From: Alphaproteobacteria bacterium
GTDB lineage: Bacteria > Pseudomonadota > Alphaproteobacteria > UBA828
Direction: 5' to 3'
DNA: 64,000 nucleotides
Assembly (NCBI GenBank): GCA_965237415.1
Contig: CBDEFM010000002.1
Location: forward strand, 288,001-352,000
Position 1 is the first letter of the stretch; each line of letters begins with the position of its first letter. Below the pieces are notes generated by a model. The model had not been told where the DNA came from and made no database searches. It worked only from the letters and a program-made list of their open reading frames with translations. Position numbers and translations under genes: made by a program. Of the stretch, positions 8,841 through 18,609 are shown in pieces.

Positions 8841-10823
8841 ATGACGACGGCACCGACAGAGGCGCTGAAGCTTTACGGCACTGAGCAGGAGGCGCCGGCG
8901 GCGCGGACGCTCCGCGCCGGCGCGCTTTCGGCCGAGCTTGAGGCCGGCAAGCTGCGCTGGATCCGCTATGGGGGCACGGAAGCGCTGCGCGGGCTCGCCT
9001 TCGTCGTGCGCGGCTCGGGCTGGGCGACCTACGCGCCCGAGATCGCCAACCTGGAGATCGAGGAGGGAGACGGACGCTTCCGCGTGGGCTACGACGCGCG
9101 CATCGAATCCGGCGACGGCGTGCTCGCCTTCCGCGCCGACATCGTGGCGGAGAGCGAGCGGAGCCTGGTTTTCACGGTCGAGTTTCGCCCCGAAACCGAG
9201 TTCAGGACCAACCGCACGGGCTTCGTCGCGCTGCACGCGATCGAGGGGGTGGCGGGGGAAGCCTGCACCGTCACCCACAGCGACGGCACGGTGGAGGAGA
9301 CCGAATTCCCCGGCCTGATCATGCCGCTGCAACCCTTCTTCGATATCTCCGCCATGCGCCACCAGGTCTCGCCGGGCGTCTGGCCCACCTGCCGCTTCGA
9401 GGGCGCCGACCCCTGGGAGACCGAGGATCAGCGCAACTGGACCGACGCGTCCTACAAGACCTATTACCGCCCGCTGGCGCTGCCCTATCCCTACCCGCTC
9501 GCGGCCGGGGAGACGCTGCGCCAGACCGCGACGCTCACCATCGAGGGGGGCTCTGCGGTCGTCGCAACGGCGGCCGGCGGCGATGACGGGGCGGTCGAGA
9601 TCGCCGTTGGCGGTGAGACCGGGCAGCATATGCCGGAGATCGGGCTCGGCGTCGCCGCCTCGGAACGCGACCGCCTCGACCACGGGCTCGACCTGCTCCG
9701 GGCGCTCGGGCCCGGCCACCTCGTTTGCGAATGCGACCCGCGGGACGACCGTTCGGTCGAGACGCTGGCCGCGTGTCGCGAGCTTGCCCAGGCGCTCGAC
9801 GCCGAGGCCGTGCTGGAGATCGTCGTGCCTTGCGAGCGGCCGGTGGCGGACGAGCTTGCGACGGCGGCCGAGATCGCGGGCCGGGCCCGGCTCTTGCCCG
9901 CCGCCGTCGTGCCCGAGCAGGCCCGCCTCCTGAAGTTCACCCTGGAGAAGATCCCGGCCCTCGGCATCCCCGACTTCGACGAGGTCTACGGCGCAGCGCG
10001 GGCGGCATTCCCCGGCGTGCGCCTGGGCGGCGGCGTCTTCACCAACTTCACCGAGCTCAACCGCAACTGCGCGGTGCCGGAGCTCTTCGACTTCCTGACG
10101 CATGCCACCTGTGCCGTGGTGCACGAGCCGGACGACCGCTCGGTGATGGAGACGCTGCAGACGCTGCCCGACATCGTCGCCTCGGCCAAGGCGTGGGCCG
10201 GCGGGAAGCCTTACCGGATCGCGCCGAGCGCCATCGGCATGCGCTTCAACCCCTACGGGCCGGATGTCCACCACAACAGCGACAACGGGCGCTACTCCTT
10301 CAGCCGCCAGGACCCGCGCCATCGCGCGCTTCTCGGTGCCGCCTTCACGCTCGGCTATGCCGCGCGGGTGGCGCCGCTCGGGGTCGAGGCGCTGGCCCTG
10401 GGCGCGCCCTCCGGTGCGCTCGGCATGGTCTACCGCAGGACCGGGCACCCGCAGCCCTGGCTCGACGATTTGGAAGGGCCGGCGGTGTTGCCGCTCTACC
10501 ACATCGTGTCGGCGCTGGCGGCGGCGAAAGGGGCGGCAATCCGCAGCGTGACGAGCGGCGATGCCACGCGCGTCCTCGGACTCGCCTACGAGAGCGACAG
10601 CGGGACGCTGCTGTGGCTCGCCAACCTCTCGCCGGAGACGCAGGCCGTGACGGTCTCGGGCATCGACGGGGGAACGGCGACCATCGGCCGGCTGGACTCG
10701 GGCAATTTCGTGGAGGCAGTGACGGACCCGGCCGGCTTCGCCGCAGCCCCAGGCCAGCCGGGCGACCCCGGCCGCCTTGAGCTCGCGCCGTTCGCGGTCG
10801 CGCGTATCGAAATCGCCGCCTAG
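8841..10823 (+). CDS. D-apionate lactonase (ApnL)-like protein
   Basis: LYGTEQ..LRAGALSAELEAGKLRWIRYGG.EALRG..FVVR, TNRTGFVALH, WETEDQRNWTDASYKTY.RPL, FTELNR. Family recalled from sequence pattern. Confidence 0.75.
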   Translation: MTTAPTEALKLYGTEQEAPAARTLRAGALSAELEAGKLRWIRYGGTEALRGLAFVVRGSGWATYAPEIANLEIEEGDGRFRVGYDARIESGDGVLAFRADIVAESERSLVFTVEFRPETEFRTNRTGFVALHAIEGVAGEACTVTHSDGTVEETEFPGLIMPLQPFFDISAMRHQVSPGVWPTCRFEGADPWETEDQRNWTDASYKTYYRPLALPYPYPLAAGETLRQTATLTIEGGSAVVATAAGGDDGAVEIAVGGETGQHMPEIGLGVAASERDRLDHGLDLLRALGPGHLVCECDPRDDRSVETLAACRELAQALDAEAVLEIVVPCERPVADELATAAEIAGRARLLPAAVVPEQARLLKFTLEKIPALGIPDFDEVYGAARAAFPGVRLGGGVFTNFTELNRNCAVPELFDFLTHATCAVVHEPDDRSVMETLQTLPDIVASAKAWAGGKPYRIAPSAIGMRFNPYGPDVHHNSDNGRYSFSRQDPRHRALLGAAFTLGYAARVAPLGVEALALGAPSGALGMVYRRTGHPQPWLDDLEGPAVLPLYHIVSALAAAKGAAIRSVTSGDATRVLGLAYESDSGTLLWLANLSPETQAVTVSGIDGGTATIGRLDSGNFVEAVTDPAGFAAAPGQPGDPGRLELAPFAVARIEIAA

Positions 10824-10863
10824 CCAATACAGCATTCCAACGGATCGAAAAGGATTAGCGGAC

Positions 10864-11664
10864 ATGACAGAACACGCCCTCAAGGAGATGTCCCGCCACG
10901 GCCGGCTCAAGGTCGGCACCTTTGTGGTCGAGTTCAGCACGCCGGGGATCGGCCAGCTTCTGAAGGCCGCCGGCTGCGAATTCGTGCTGCTCGACATGGA
11001 GCATTCCGGCTTCGGCTTCGACACGGTGAAGCAGATGCTGCGCTACATGCAGGCGGGCGACATGCCGGCGATCGTCCGCGTGCCGTCGCGCGAGTATCAC
11101 CACGCGGCGCGTGCCATGGACATGGGGGCCGAGGGCATCATGCTGCCGATGGTGGGCTCAGCGGCGGCCGCGCGGGAGCTGCTCAGCTATGTGAAATACG
11201 CGCCGGACGGCGAGCGCGGCGTTGCGCTGCAAATCGCGCACGATCGCTACGCACCCGGCCCCGTGCAGAAGAAGCTCCGCGACGCCAACGAGCGCTGCAC
11301 CTTCGTCGCTCTGATCGAGACCGCCGAGGGCGTCGAGAACGCCGAGGAGATCGCGGCGATCGAGGATGTCGACATCCTCTGGATCGGCCACTTCGACCTC
11401 TCGGTCTCCATGGGCATCGCCGGCCAGTTCGACCATCCCGACTTCAAGGCGGCGGTGGCGCGTGTTGTGCGCGCCGCGAAGAAGCACAACAAGTCGCTTG
11501 GCCGGCTGGTGCCGAACGTGGATGTGGGTGTGGCGCTCTTCAAGGAGGGCTTCGACTTCATCTGCTATTCGGGCGATGTCTGGCTGCTGCAGCAGGCGAT
11601 GCGCGAGGGCGCCGAGGGCTTACGCGCCCAATGCAAGCGCGGTCGGCGGCGGGCAAAAAAATAG
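10864..11664 (+). CDS. HpcH/HpaI class II aldolase
   Basis: FVLLDMEHS, IVRVP, GAEGIMLPMV, LIETAEGVENAEEIAA, IGHFDLSVSMG. Confidence 0.9.
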   Translation: MTEHALKEMSRHGRLKVGTFVVEFSTPGIGQLLKAAGCEFVLLDMEHSGFGFDTVKQMLRYMQAGDMPAIVRVPSREYHHAARAMDMGAEGIMLPMVGSAAAARELLSYVKYAPDGERGVALQIAHDRYAPGPVQKKLRDANERCTFVALIETAEGVENAEEIAAIEDVDILWIGHFDLSVSMGIAGQFDHPDFKAAVARVVRAAKKHNKSLGRLVPNVDVGVALFKEGFDFICYSGDVWLLQQAMREGAEGLRAQCKRGRRRAKK

Positions 11665-11680
11665 GGGAGTTCAACAGGTT

Positions 11681-12733
11681 ATGGCCGATAAATTCAGAGT
11701 CGCTCTGAGCAGAGATTTCTTGACGGCGGAGGGCGAGCCGCTCTTCCCCATGTTCGACCGCACGCCGCTGGACGAGGACCCCGACATCGAGTGGCACTAT
11801 CTGGAGAACGGTGACGGACCGGTGGACGCGGCGGAGCTCGCGGGCCACGACGCGCTCGTCCTGCTCGCCCAGCGCTTCGACCGCTCCAGCGTGCCGGACG
11901 ACGGCAGGCTCGCCATGGTCGCGCGCTTCGGCGTCGGCTACGACAGCGTGGACGTGCCGGCCTGCTCCGACAACGGCATCGCGCTTGTGATCACGCCCAA
12001 CGGCGTGCGCCGGCCGGTGGCGGTCGCCATCATCGCGCTGATCCTCGCCGTCATGGGCAAGCTGCTGCTCAAGGATCAGCTCACGCGCGAGGGCCCGCCC
12101 GGCTTCGCCCGCAAGGGGGCCCACATGGGGGTCGGCCTCGTCGGCAAGACGCTGGGCTCCGTCGGCATCGGCAATATCGGGGCCGAGATGTTCCGCCTGG
12201 CCGCCCCCTTCGACATGAACTTCATGGCCTGCGACCCCTATGCCGACCCGGCGGTGGCGGCGGAGCTTGGCGTGCAGATGGTCGATCTCGACACGCTCTG
12301 CCGGGAGTCGGACATCCTGGCCGTCAACTGCCCGCTGAGCGACGCGACCCACCATATCGTCGATGCGCGCCTCATCGCCTCCATGAAGCCGACGGCCTAT
12401 CTGGTGAACACCTCGCGCGGCGGCACGGTCGACCAGAAGGCGCTGACCGCGGCACTGCAGGAGGGGCGGATCGCGGGCGCCGGTCTCGACGTGCTCGACC
12501 CCGAGCCGCCGGAGCCGGACGATCCCATCCTCGAGCTCGACAACGTGGTGTTCGCGCCCCACGCGCTGGCTTGGACCGACCAGTGCTTCGCCGGCCTCGG
12601 CGCGGACGACATCGTCGCCTGCATGGCGTTGATGCGGGGCGAGGAGCCGCAAGGCATCGTCAACGGCGATATCAGGGAGAACGAGGCGTGGCGCGCCAAG
12701 CTCGCGCGCTACGGCCAGACCTTCGGCCGCTGA
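11681..12733 (+). CDS. D-isomer-specific 2-hydroxyacid dehydrogenase
   Basis: RFGVGYDSVD, GIGNIG, LVNTSRGG, GAGLDV..PEP, APH. RBS GGGGAG. Confidence 0.92.
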   Translation: MADKFRVALSRDFLTAEGEPLFPMFDRTPLDEDPDIEWHYLENGDGPVDAAELAGHDALVLLAQRFDRSSVPDDGRLAMVARFGVGYDSVDVPACSDNGIALVITPNGVRRPVAVAIIALILAVMGKLLLKDQLTREGPPGFARKGAHMGVGLVGKTLGSVGIGNIGAEMFRLAAPFDMNFMACDPYADPAVAAELGVQMVDLDTLCRESDILAVNCPLSDATHHIVDARLIASMKPTAYLVNTSRGGTVDQKALTAALQEGRIAGAGLDVLDPEPPEPDDPILELDNVVFAPHALAWTDQCFAGLGADDIVACMALMRGEEPQGIVNGDIRENEAWRAKLARYGQTFGR

Positions 12734-12818
12734 TCGATTGCCGTTAGAACCGGATGCCGCTGGCCGCTACTGCCCGGCCCGCTCGACGCTTCGGACAATG
12801 GTGCGGTCCACGGCGCTG

Positions 12819-13060
12819 GCCGCCCGCGGCAACCTCGCGCCATGAAGCGCAAGCACGAGCAGGCCACATCATACGCAGGCACGATGAGCGGGCGCTCATC
12901 GGCAAGTCGGCTGACGCCGGCAGTCCGCGCCATCGCGGCCGCCTATCCCGCGGAATCCCACTTATCCCACTTAATCCCGGCGAATCCCGCTTTCATTTAA
13001 AGTGTGGGCGCATCCCGCGGGGCGCGGGCCAGGCCACGACCCCGGTGAAATAGGGGGCTA
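12819..13060 (+). repeat. Dispersed non-coding element, copy 1, with internal ATCCC array
   Basis: Aligns by eye with the reverse complement of 42744-43010. The core TCCCGCGGAATCCCACTTATCCCACTTAATCCCGGCGAATCCCGC is nearly identical. Confidence 0.75.
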
Positions 13061-13070
13061 CCCGCGCACC

Positions 13071-14234
13071 GTGACAGGATTCGACTTCCCGCCGCCCGAA
13101 ATGCCGCAAGGCGTGGACGCGCTGCGTGCCGAGGTCCGCGCCTTCGTCGCCGATTCGCGAGCCGCAGAGGGCTGGCGGCCGGATTCCGACTTCGGCTCGG
13201 ACTGGTCGGCCTCCTTCAGCCGTGCCCTCGGCGCGCGTGGCTGGATCGGCATGACCTGGCCCACGCGCTACGGCGGGCACGAGCGCTCGGCGCTCGAGCG
13301 CTACGTCGTGATCGAGGAGCTGTTGACGGCGGGCGCGCCGGTCTACGCGCACTGGGTCGCGGACCGGCAGAGCGGCCCGCTGCTGCTGCGCTTCGGCAGC
13401 GAGGAGCAGCGCCAGACAATCCTCCCCAGGATCGCCGCCGGCGAATGCTACTTCGCCATCGGCATGAGCGAGCCCGATTCCGGCTCCGACCTCGCCTCGG
13501 TGCGCACCCGCGCGGTGCGGACGAACGATGGCTGGCGCATCGACGGCACCAAGGTGTGGACCAGCAACGCCCATCGTTCTCACTACATGATCGCCCTTTG
13601 CCGCACGGGCCCGGCGGGCGAGGACCGACACGCGGGGCTCAGCCAGTTTCTGATCGACCTCGAAAGCGACGGCGTGCAGGTCAACCCCATCGTCAACCTC
13701 GCCGGCAAGCACGACTTCAACGAGTGCGTCTTCGAGGATGTCCTCATTCCCGCCGACCGCCTGATCGGGCAGGAGGGCGATGGCTGGCGTCAGGTCACGG
13801 GCGAGCTCGCGCTGGAGCGGAGCGGGCCCGAGCGCATCCTCAGCACCTTCCATCTCTTCGCCGCGCTGGTCGAGGCGGCGGGCCCTGAGCCCGAGCCGCG
13901 GCTTGCCGAGGCGATCGGGCGCCTCGCGGCAGAGCTCTACGCGCTGCGCGCCATGTCGCTCGCCGTCGCCGGGCAGCTGGAGAAAGGGGAGTTCCCGGAG
14001 ATCGAGGCGGCCATTGTCAAGGACATGGGCACCCGCTTCGAGTTTGAGGTCGCCGAGACGCTGCGCCGTGCCGCGCCGGTCGAGCCGGTCTCCGGCAATG
14101 ATGGCGATGCCAACGCGCCGTCTCTCGCGTCTGCGCTGGGCGCCTCGGTGCTGGGGTTGCCGTCGTTCACCCTGCGTGGCGGCACCAACGAAATCCTGCG
14201 CTCGATCATCGCCCGCGGCCTCGAGGTCAGGTGA
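13071..14234 (+). CDS. Acyl-CoA dehydrogenase (first of a tandem pair)
   Basis: FAIGMSEPDSGSDLAS, GWRIDGTKVWTS, FNECVFEDV, TLRGGTNEILRSII. Confidence 0.92.
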   Translation: MTGFDFPPPEMPQGVDALRAEVRAFVADSRAAEGWRPDSDFGSDWSASFSRALGARGWIGMTWPTRYGGHERSALERYVVIEELLTAGAPVYAHWVADRQSGPLLLRFGSEEQRQTILPRIAAGECYFAIGMSEPDSGSDLASVRTRAVRTNDGWRIDGTKVWTSNAHRSHYMIALCRTGPAGEDRHAGLSQFLIDLESDGVQVNPIVNLAGKHDFNECVFEDVLIPADRLIGQEGDGWRQVTGELALERSGPERILSTFHLFAALVEAAGPEPEPRLAEAIGRLAAELYALRAMSLAVAGQLEKGEFPEIEAAIVKDMGTRFEFEVAETLRRAAPVEPVSGNDGDANAPSLASALGASVLGLPSFTLRGGTNEILRSIIARGLEVR

Positions 14235-14241
14235 GGGGCCT

Positions 14242-15261
14242 ATGAGCGACGAGACGGCGCGCCTGATCGAGCAGACTGCCGACGATTTGTTCGCCGCGGA
14301 AGGCGAGGCCGCGCGCGCCGCGCTCGCCGAGGGAGCATGGCCCGAGCAGCTGTGGCAGACCTTCGCTGAGACCGGGCTTTCGCAGGCGGCACTGCCGGAG
14401 GCGGCGGGGGGCGCCGGCCTCGCGGCGGGCCTCGCCGTGCTGCGTGCTGCGGGCCGCCATGCCGCGCCGGTCCCGGTGGCGGAGGCTCTGATCGGAACCC
14501 TTCTCTGCCACGCCGCCGGGATCGAGGTACCGGCTGGCCCGGTTACCCTCCACGCATCGCCAGTAAGAGGCGACCCCGACGTTGCCACCCTTCAGCGAGT
14601 CCCGTGGGCGCGGTTCGCCACCGCGATCCTGGTGGTCATGCCCGGCATGGGTTTAGCCCTCTGCAAACCGGCCGATCTGATAGAGGGCGCCAACCTGGCG
14701 GGCGAGCCGCGCGACGATGTCACGCTGCCCGGTCCGCCGGAATTTCGCCACACGCCGCCGCCGGAGGCGGATGGGTACGCTCTGATGGCGCTCGCCCGCG
14801 CCGCCCAGTTGCGCGGCGCGATGGAGCAGGTGCTCGCCATGAGCCTGCGGTACGCGCGGGAGCGCGAGCAGTTCGGCCGGCCGCTGGCCCGGTTCCAGGC
14901 GATCCAGCACTATCTCGCCGAAATCGGGGGCGAGGCCGCCGCCACCGGGGCTGCGGTCGATGCGGCGGCGCAAGCGGGCACGCTCTTCGCCTTCGCGGCC
15001 GCCAAGGCGCGGGCAAGCCAGGCGGCAGGCACGGTCGCCCGACTCGCGCATCAGGTGCACGGCGCCATGGGCTACACGGTGGAGCACGACCTGCACCTCT
15101 GGACCACGCGGCTCTGGGCCTGGCGCGACGAGTTCGGTAACGAGGCCCATTGGTGGCGGGTGCTCGGCTCGCAAGCCGCGCGCCACGGCAGTGCGTCGCT
15201 CTGGCCGACGATGGTGACCGCCGGCCCAAACATGGCGGCAGAAGGGAGAGAAGGCGCGTGA
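14242..15261 (+). CDS. Acyl-CoA dehydrogenase (shorter, second of the pair)
   Basis: YAREREQFGRPLARFQAIQH, HQVHGAMGYTVEH. Confidence 0.88.
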   Translation: MSDETARLIEQTADDLFAAEGEAARAALAEGAWPEQLWQTFAETGLSQAALPEAAGGAGLAAGLAVLRAAGRHAAPVPVAEALIGTLLCHAAGIEVPAGPVTLHASPVRGDPDVATLQRVPWARFATAILVVMPGMGLALCKPADLIEGANLAGEPRDDVTLPGPPEFRHTPPPEADGYALMALARAAQLRGAMEQVLAMSLRYAREREQFGRPLARFQAIQHYLAEIGGEAAATGAAVDAAAQAGTLFAFAAAKARASQAAGTVARLAHQVHGAMGYTVEHDLHLWTTRLWAWRDEFGNEAHWWRVLGSQAARHGSASLWPTMVTAGPNMAAEGREGA

Positions 15262-16049
15262 GCGAGGAGATTCGTCTGCAGGTCGCCGACAGGATCGCGA
15301 CCATTACTCTGAACCGGCCCGAGCGGCGCAACGCCTTCACCCGCTCCATGATCGACGCCTGGGCCCAAGCCCTTGCCGATTGCCGGGACCGCGAGGACGT
15401 GCACGTGGTGGTGGTGACCGGGGCGGGCAAGGCCTTTTGCAGCGGCGGCGATATCCAGGAGCTGATGGGGGAGGGGCTGGAGCGCAGCGCCGCCGAGCAG
15501 CGGGCGCTGATCGGCGAGCATGTTCATCGCATTCCGCTCACCCTCGCCGACATGGACAAGCCGGTGATCGCGGCCATCAACGGCGCGGCCATCGGCGCCG
15601 GCCTCGACCTTGCGCTCGCCATGGACCTGCGCTTTGCCGCAGCCTCGGCCAAGTTCGCCGAAACGTACGTCAAGGTTGGGTTAGCGCCGGGCGCCGGTGG
15701 CGCGCATTGGTTGCCGCGGCTCGTGGGCACGGCGCGGGCGCTGGAGCTCCTGTGGACGGGCGATACCATCGACGCGGCGGAGGCCGAGCGCATCGGTCTC
15801 GTCAACCGGGTCTGGGCGGACCACGAGCTGATGCCGCAAACCATGGCGCTCGCGCGGCGCCTCGCAGACGGCCCGACGCTCGCCATCCGTGCCATCAAGC
15901 GGCTGGTACGGGACGGTGTCGGCGGCGACCTGCGCGCCGGGCTCGACCGCGCCTCCGCCACCTATAGCGTGCTCGGCGGCAGCGCCGACCACCGCGAGGC
16001 GGTGGAGGCGTTCATCGCGAAGCGCCCGCCGCGCTTCCGCGGGGAGTAG
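15258..16049 (+). CDS. Enoyl-CoA hydratase/isomerase (crotonase family)
   Basis: ITLNRPERRNA, FCSGGD, KPVIAAINGAAIGAG. GTG start overlaps the upstream stop. Confidence 0.92.
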   Translation: MSEEIRLQVADRIATITLNRPERRNAFTRSMIDAWAQALADCRDREDVHVVVVTGAGKAFCSGGDIQELMGEGLERSAAEQRALIGEHVHRIPLTLADMDKPVIAAINGAAIGAGLDLALAMDLRFAAASAKFAETYVKVGLAPGAGGAHWLPRLVGTARALELLWTGDTIDAAEAERIGLVNRVWADHELMPQTMALARRLADGPTLAIRAIKRLVRDGVGGDLRAGLDRASATYSVLGGSADHREAVEAFIAKRPPRFRGE

Positions 16050-16055
16050 AGGCGG

Positions 16056-17045
16056 GTGGCCCAAGAGAACCTGGCCCCGCCCGATCTGGCCGCGATCGAG
16101 GAGGCCCGCGCGTCGCTCGGCGATCTGATCAACGAGACCCCGGTGCACCACTGGCGCGCTGCCGCGGTCTCGGACGCACTCGGGCCGGATAGCGCGGTCT
16201 TCCTAAAACTGGAGCTGTTCCAGCGCACCGGCACCTTCAAAGCGCGGGGCGCACTGCTCAGCGCGCTCGCTCTCGACGATGCGGCGCGGGCGCGCGGCGT
16301 CACTGCGGTGAGTGCCGGCAACCATGCCATCGCAGTCGCCTTCGCCGCGCACAGCGTCGGCACCTCCGCCAAGGTGGTGATGATGGAAGGCGCCGACCCC
16401 TTCCGCGTCGCCCAGGTGCGCCGCTATGGCGCGGAGCTTGTGCAGGTGCCGGACGTGCACGCCGCCTTCGAGACCGTGCGCGCCATCGAGGCCGGCGAAG
16501 GACGCACCCTGATCCATCCCTTCGAAGGACGGACGATCGCGCTCGGCACCGCGACAGTCGGGCTGGAGCTCGCGCGCCAGGTACCGGCGCTGGACGCGGT
16601 GATCGTTCCCATCGGCGGCGGCGGCCTCTGCGCCGGCGTCTCCTGCGCCATCAAGACCGTGCAGCCCGGCTGCACGGTCTACGGCGTGGAGCCGGAAGGC
16701 GCCGACACCATGCACCGGAGCTTCGCGGCAGGCTCGCCCCAGGCGATCGAGCGGGTGAGGACCATCGCCGACAGCCTCGGCGCGCCTTTCGCCCAGCCCT
16801 ATTCCTTCGGACTCTGCCGGCGCTACGTGGACGAGCTGGTGAAGATCGACGACGAGGCCATGCGCCGCGCCATGGGGCTGCTCTTCGCCGAGATGAAGCT
16901 CGCCGTCGAGCCGGCGGGCGCGGCGGCGACGGCGGCGCTGCTCGGCCCGCTCGCCGAACGCCTGCGCGGGCGGCGCACGGCGGTCATCGTCTGCGGCACC
17001 AACATCGACGCGCCGAAGTTCATGGCCCAGGCGCTGTTCGCTTGA
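16056..17045 (+). CDS. Serine/threonine dehydratase (PLP fold II)
   Basis: LKLELFQRTGTFKARGA, SAGNHA, PIGGGGL, VEPAGA. Confidence 0.9.
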   Translation: MAQENLAPPDLAAIEEARASLGDLINETPVHHWRAAAVSDALGPDSAVFLKLELFQRTGTFKARGALLSALALDDAARARGVTAVSAGNHAIAVAFAAHSVGTSAKVVMMEGADPFRVAQVRRYGAELVQVPDVHAAFETVRAIEAGEGRTLIHPFEGRTIALGTATVGLELARQVPALDAVIVPIGGGGLCAGVSCAIKTVQPGCTVYGVEPEGADTMHRSFAAGSPQAIERVRTIADSLGAPFAQPYSFGLCRRYVDELVKIDDEAMRRAMGLLFAEMKLAVEPAGAAATAALLGPLAERLRGRRTAVIVCGTNIDAPKFMAQALFA

Positions 17046-17064
17046 GCCGCTCTCGGCAAAGTGG

Positions 17065-17856
17065 CTACCAGCTGTTCCGGAGTTCGCGGAGCTTCAGGAA
17101 GACCTCGCGCGGGCCGGGATCGTCCGGCAGGTCTGGGAAGGCCTCCCGCAGCCGCGCAATGACGCTCGGGCGGTGGAGGCGGAAGAAGGTGTTGATCTCC
17201 TTCTCCAGCGCCAGCGTCGAGACCAGGGCGTCGTCGGGGTTCTGCGGCCCCACCTCGTCGAGCAGCGACTTCGCCCGCTCGTTATCGGGCTCCCGATCGA
17301 GAGTGAATTGCAGATTATTCTCGATGTAGTCGTGGCCGGGGTAGATCAGGGTCTCGTCCGGGAGCCGTGCGAGCTGGCCGGCGAAGGTCTCGTAGAGCTC
17401 GGCGGGATGGCCGCCGGAATGGCAGTTGCCGGCACCGGCGTTGAAGAGCGTATCGCCGCAGAAGAGCGCCGGCGTGTCGGTGCGCGAGAGCAGGCACACG
17501 TGGCTCATCGTGTGGCCGGGCGTATCCAGCGCCTCAAGCTCCACCGTGGCGCCCACCTTGATCACGTCGCCCGCGCCGAGCCCCCGGTCGATGCCGGGGA
17601 TCTTGCCCTTGGCGTTGGCATGGGCGAGCAGGGCGGCGCCGGTTGCCTTGACCATCGCCTTGTTGCCGCCGGTGTGATCGCCATGCTCGTGGGTGTTGAG
17701 AATCTGGGTGATCTGCCAACCGTTGTCCTTGGCCGCCTTGAGGCAGCGCCGGTGGTCCAGCGGATCGACGGCGAGCGCCTCGCCGGTCTCGGGGCAGGCG
17801 ATGAGATAGTTGAAGTTGCGGTAGGCGTTGTCCGTCCAGATCTGCTCGACGAGCAT
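17065..17856 (-). CDS. gloB: Hydroxyacylglutathione hydrolase (glyoxalase II)
   Basis: THEHGDHTGG, TPGHT, FCGDTLF, YPGHDY, EKEINTF. Confidence 0.88.
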   Translation of the reverse strand: MLVEQIWTDNAYRNFNYLIACPETGEALAVDPLDHRRCLKAAKDNGWQITQILNTHEHGDHTGGNKAMVKATGAALLAHANAKGKIPGIDRGLGAGDVIKVGATVELEALDTPGHTMSHVCLLSRTDTPALFCGDTLFNAGAGNCHSGGHPAELYETFAGQLARLPDETLIYPGHDYIENNLQFTLDREPDNERAKSLLDEVGPQNPDDALVSTLALEKEINTFFRLHRPSVIARLREAFPDLPDDPGPREVFLKLRELRNSW

Positions 17857-17880
17857 CTGTGCTCTCCCGGTTCGGCGCGG

Positions 17881-18444
17881 TTAATCGGGGTCCAGTTCGG
17901 AGTCCCAATAGAGGTAGTCGCCCCAGCTCTCGTGCAGGTAGCGGGGTGGGAAGCGCCTGCCGCTCGCGTGCAGGTCGTGAGCGCTCGGCGCCCTGGGCTT
18001 GCGCTGAGGCCGCAGGCCGCACTCCCGCGGCAGCCGGTTGCCCTTGGAGAGGTTGCACGCGCTGCAGGCGGTGACGACGTTCTCCCAGGTCGTGCGCCCC
18101 CCGCGCGAGCGCGGCACCAGGTGGTCGAAGGTGAGGTCCTCCACCGGGAAGTGCGCGACGCAGTACTGGCAGGAGAAGGAATCGCGGAGGAAGACATTGA
18201 AGCGGGTGAAGGCGGGCCGGCGGGCAAGCGGCCGGTAACGCTTGAGCGCGACGACGCTCGGCAGCTTGATCGCCGTGCTCGGCGAGCGGATCGCCCGGTC
18301 GTACTCGGAGAGGATCGTCACCCGGTCGAGGAACGCCGCCTTGACCGCGTCCTGCCAGCCCCAGACCGAGAGGGGGAAGTAGCTGAGCGGCCGATAGTCG
18401 GCGTTCAGCACCAGGGCGGGGCAGCTCTCCAGCGATGCGAGCAC
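17881..18444 (-). CDS. HNH endonuclease (McrA-like)
   Basis: LVLNADYRPL, RDSFSCQYC, LTFDHLVPRSRGG, NVVTACSACNLSKG. Confidence 0.9.
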   Translation of the reverse strand: MLASLESCPALVLNADYRPLSYFPLSVWGWQDAVKAAFLDRVTILSEYDRAIRSPSTAIKLPSVVALKRYRPLARRPAFTRFNVFLRDSFSCQYCVAHFPVEDLTFDHLVPRSRGGRTTWENVVTACSACNLSKGNRLPRECGLRPQRKPRAPSAHDLHASGRRFPPRYLHESWGDYLYWDSELDPD

Positions 18445-18609
18445 GGTTCCAGCCTCTCTCGACGCGATGCCGCTGCGCCCAGCGACGGCGCGCTTCTCGC
18501 CGTCGCACCGGATTCGGACGCCGCATCATGCCAAAGAGCGGGCGCAGGGCAAAGCCGCAGCGGGGCATCCCGGAGCAGGCGCCGGATCGCCCGTGCGGCC
18601 TGGCGGCGC

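Noticed and set aside
12945-12988. ATCCC tandem units (also 42812-42864) as a CRISPR array or telomere-like repeat
   Set aside because: The units are 9-10 bp with no unique spacers and there are no cas genes. Kept only as a dispersed repeat.
17881-18444. HNH endonuclease as a defence or mobile gene
   Set aside because: It looks like the widespread stand-alone alphaproteobacterial HNH protein, has host-like composition, and has no methylase or defence neighbours.
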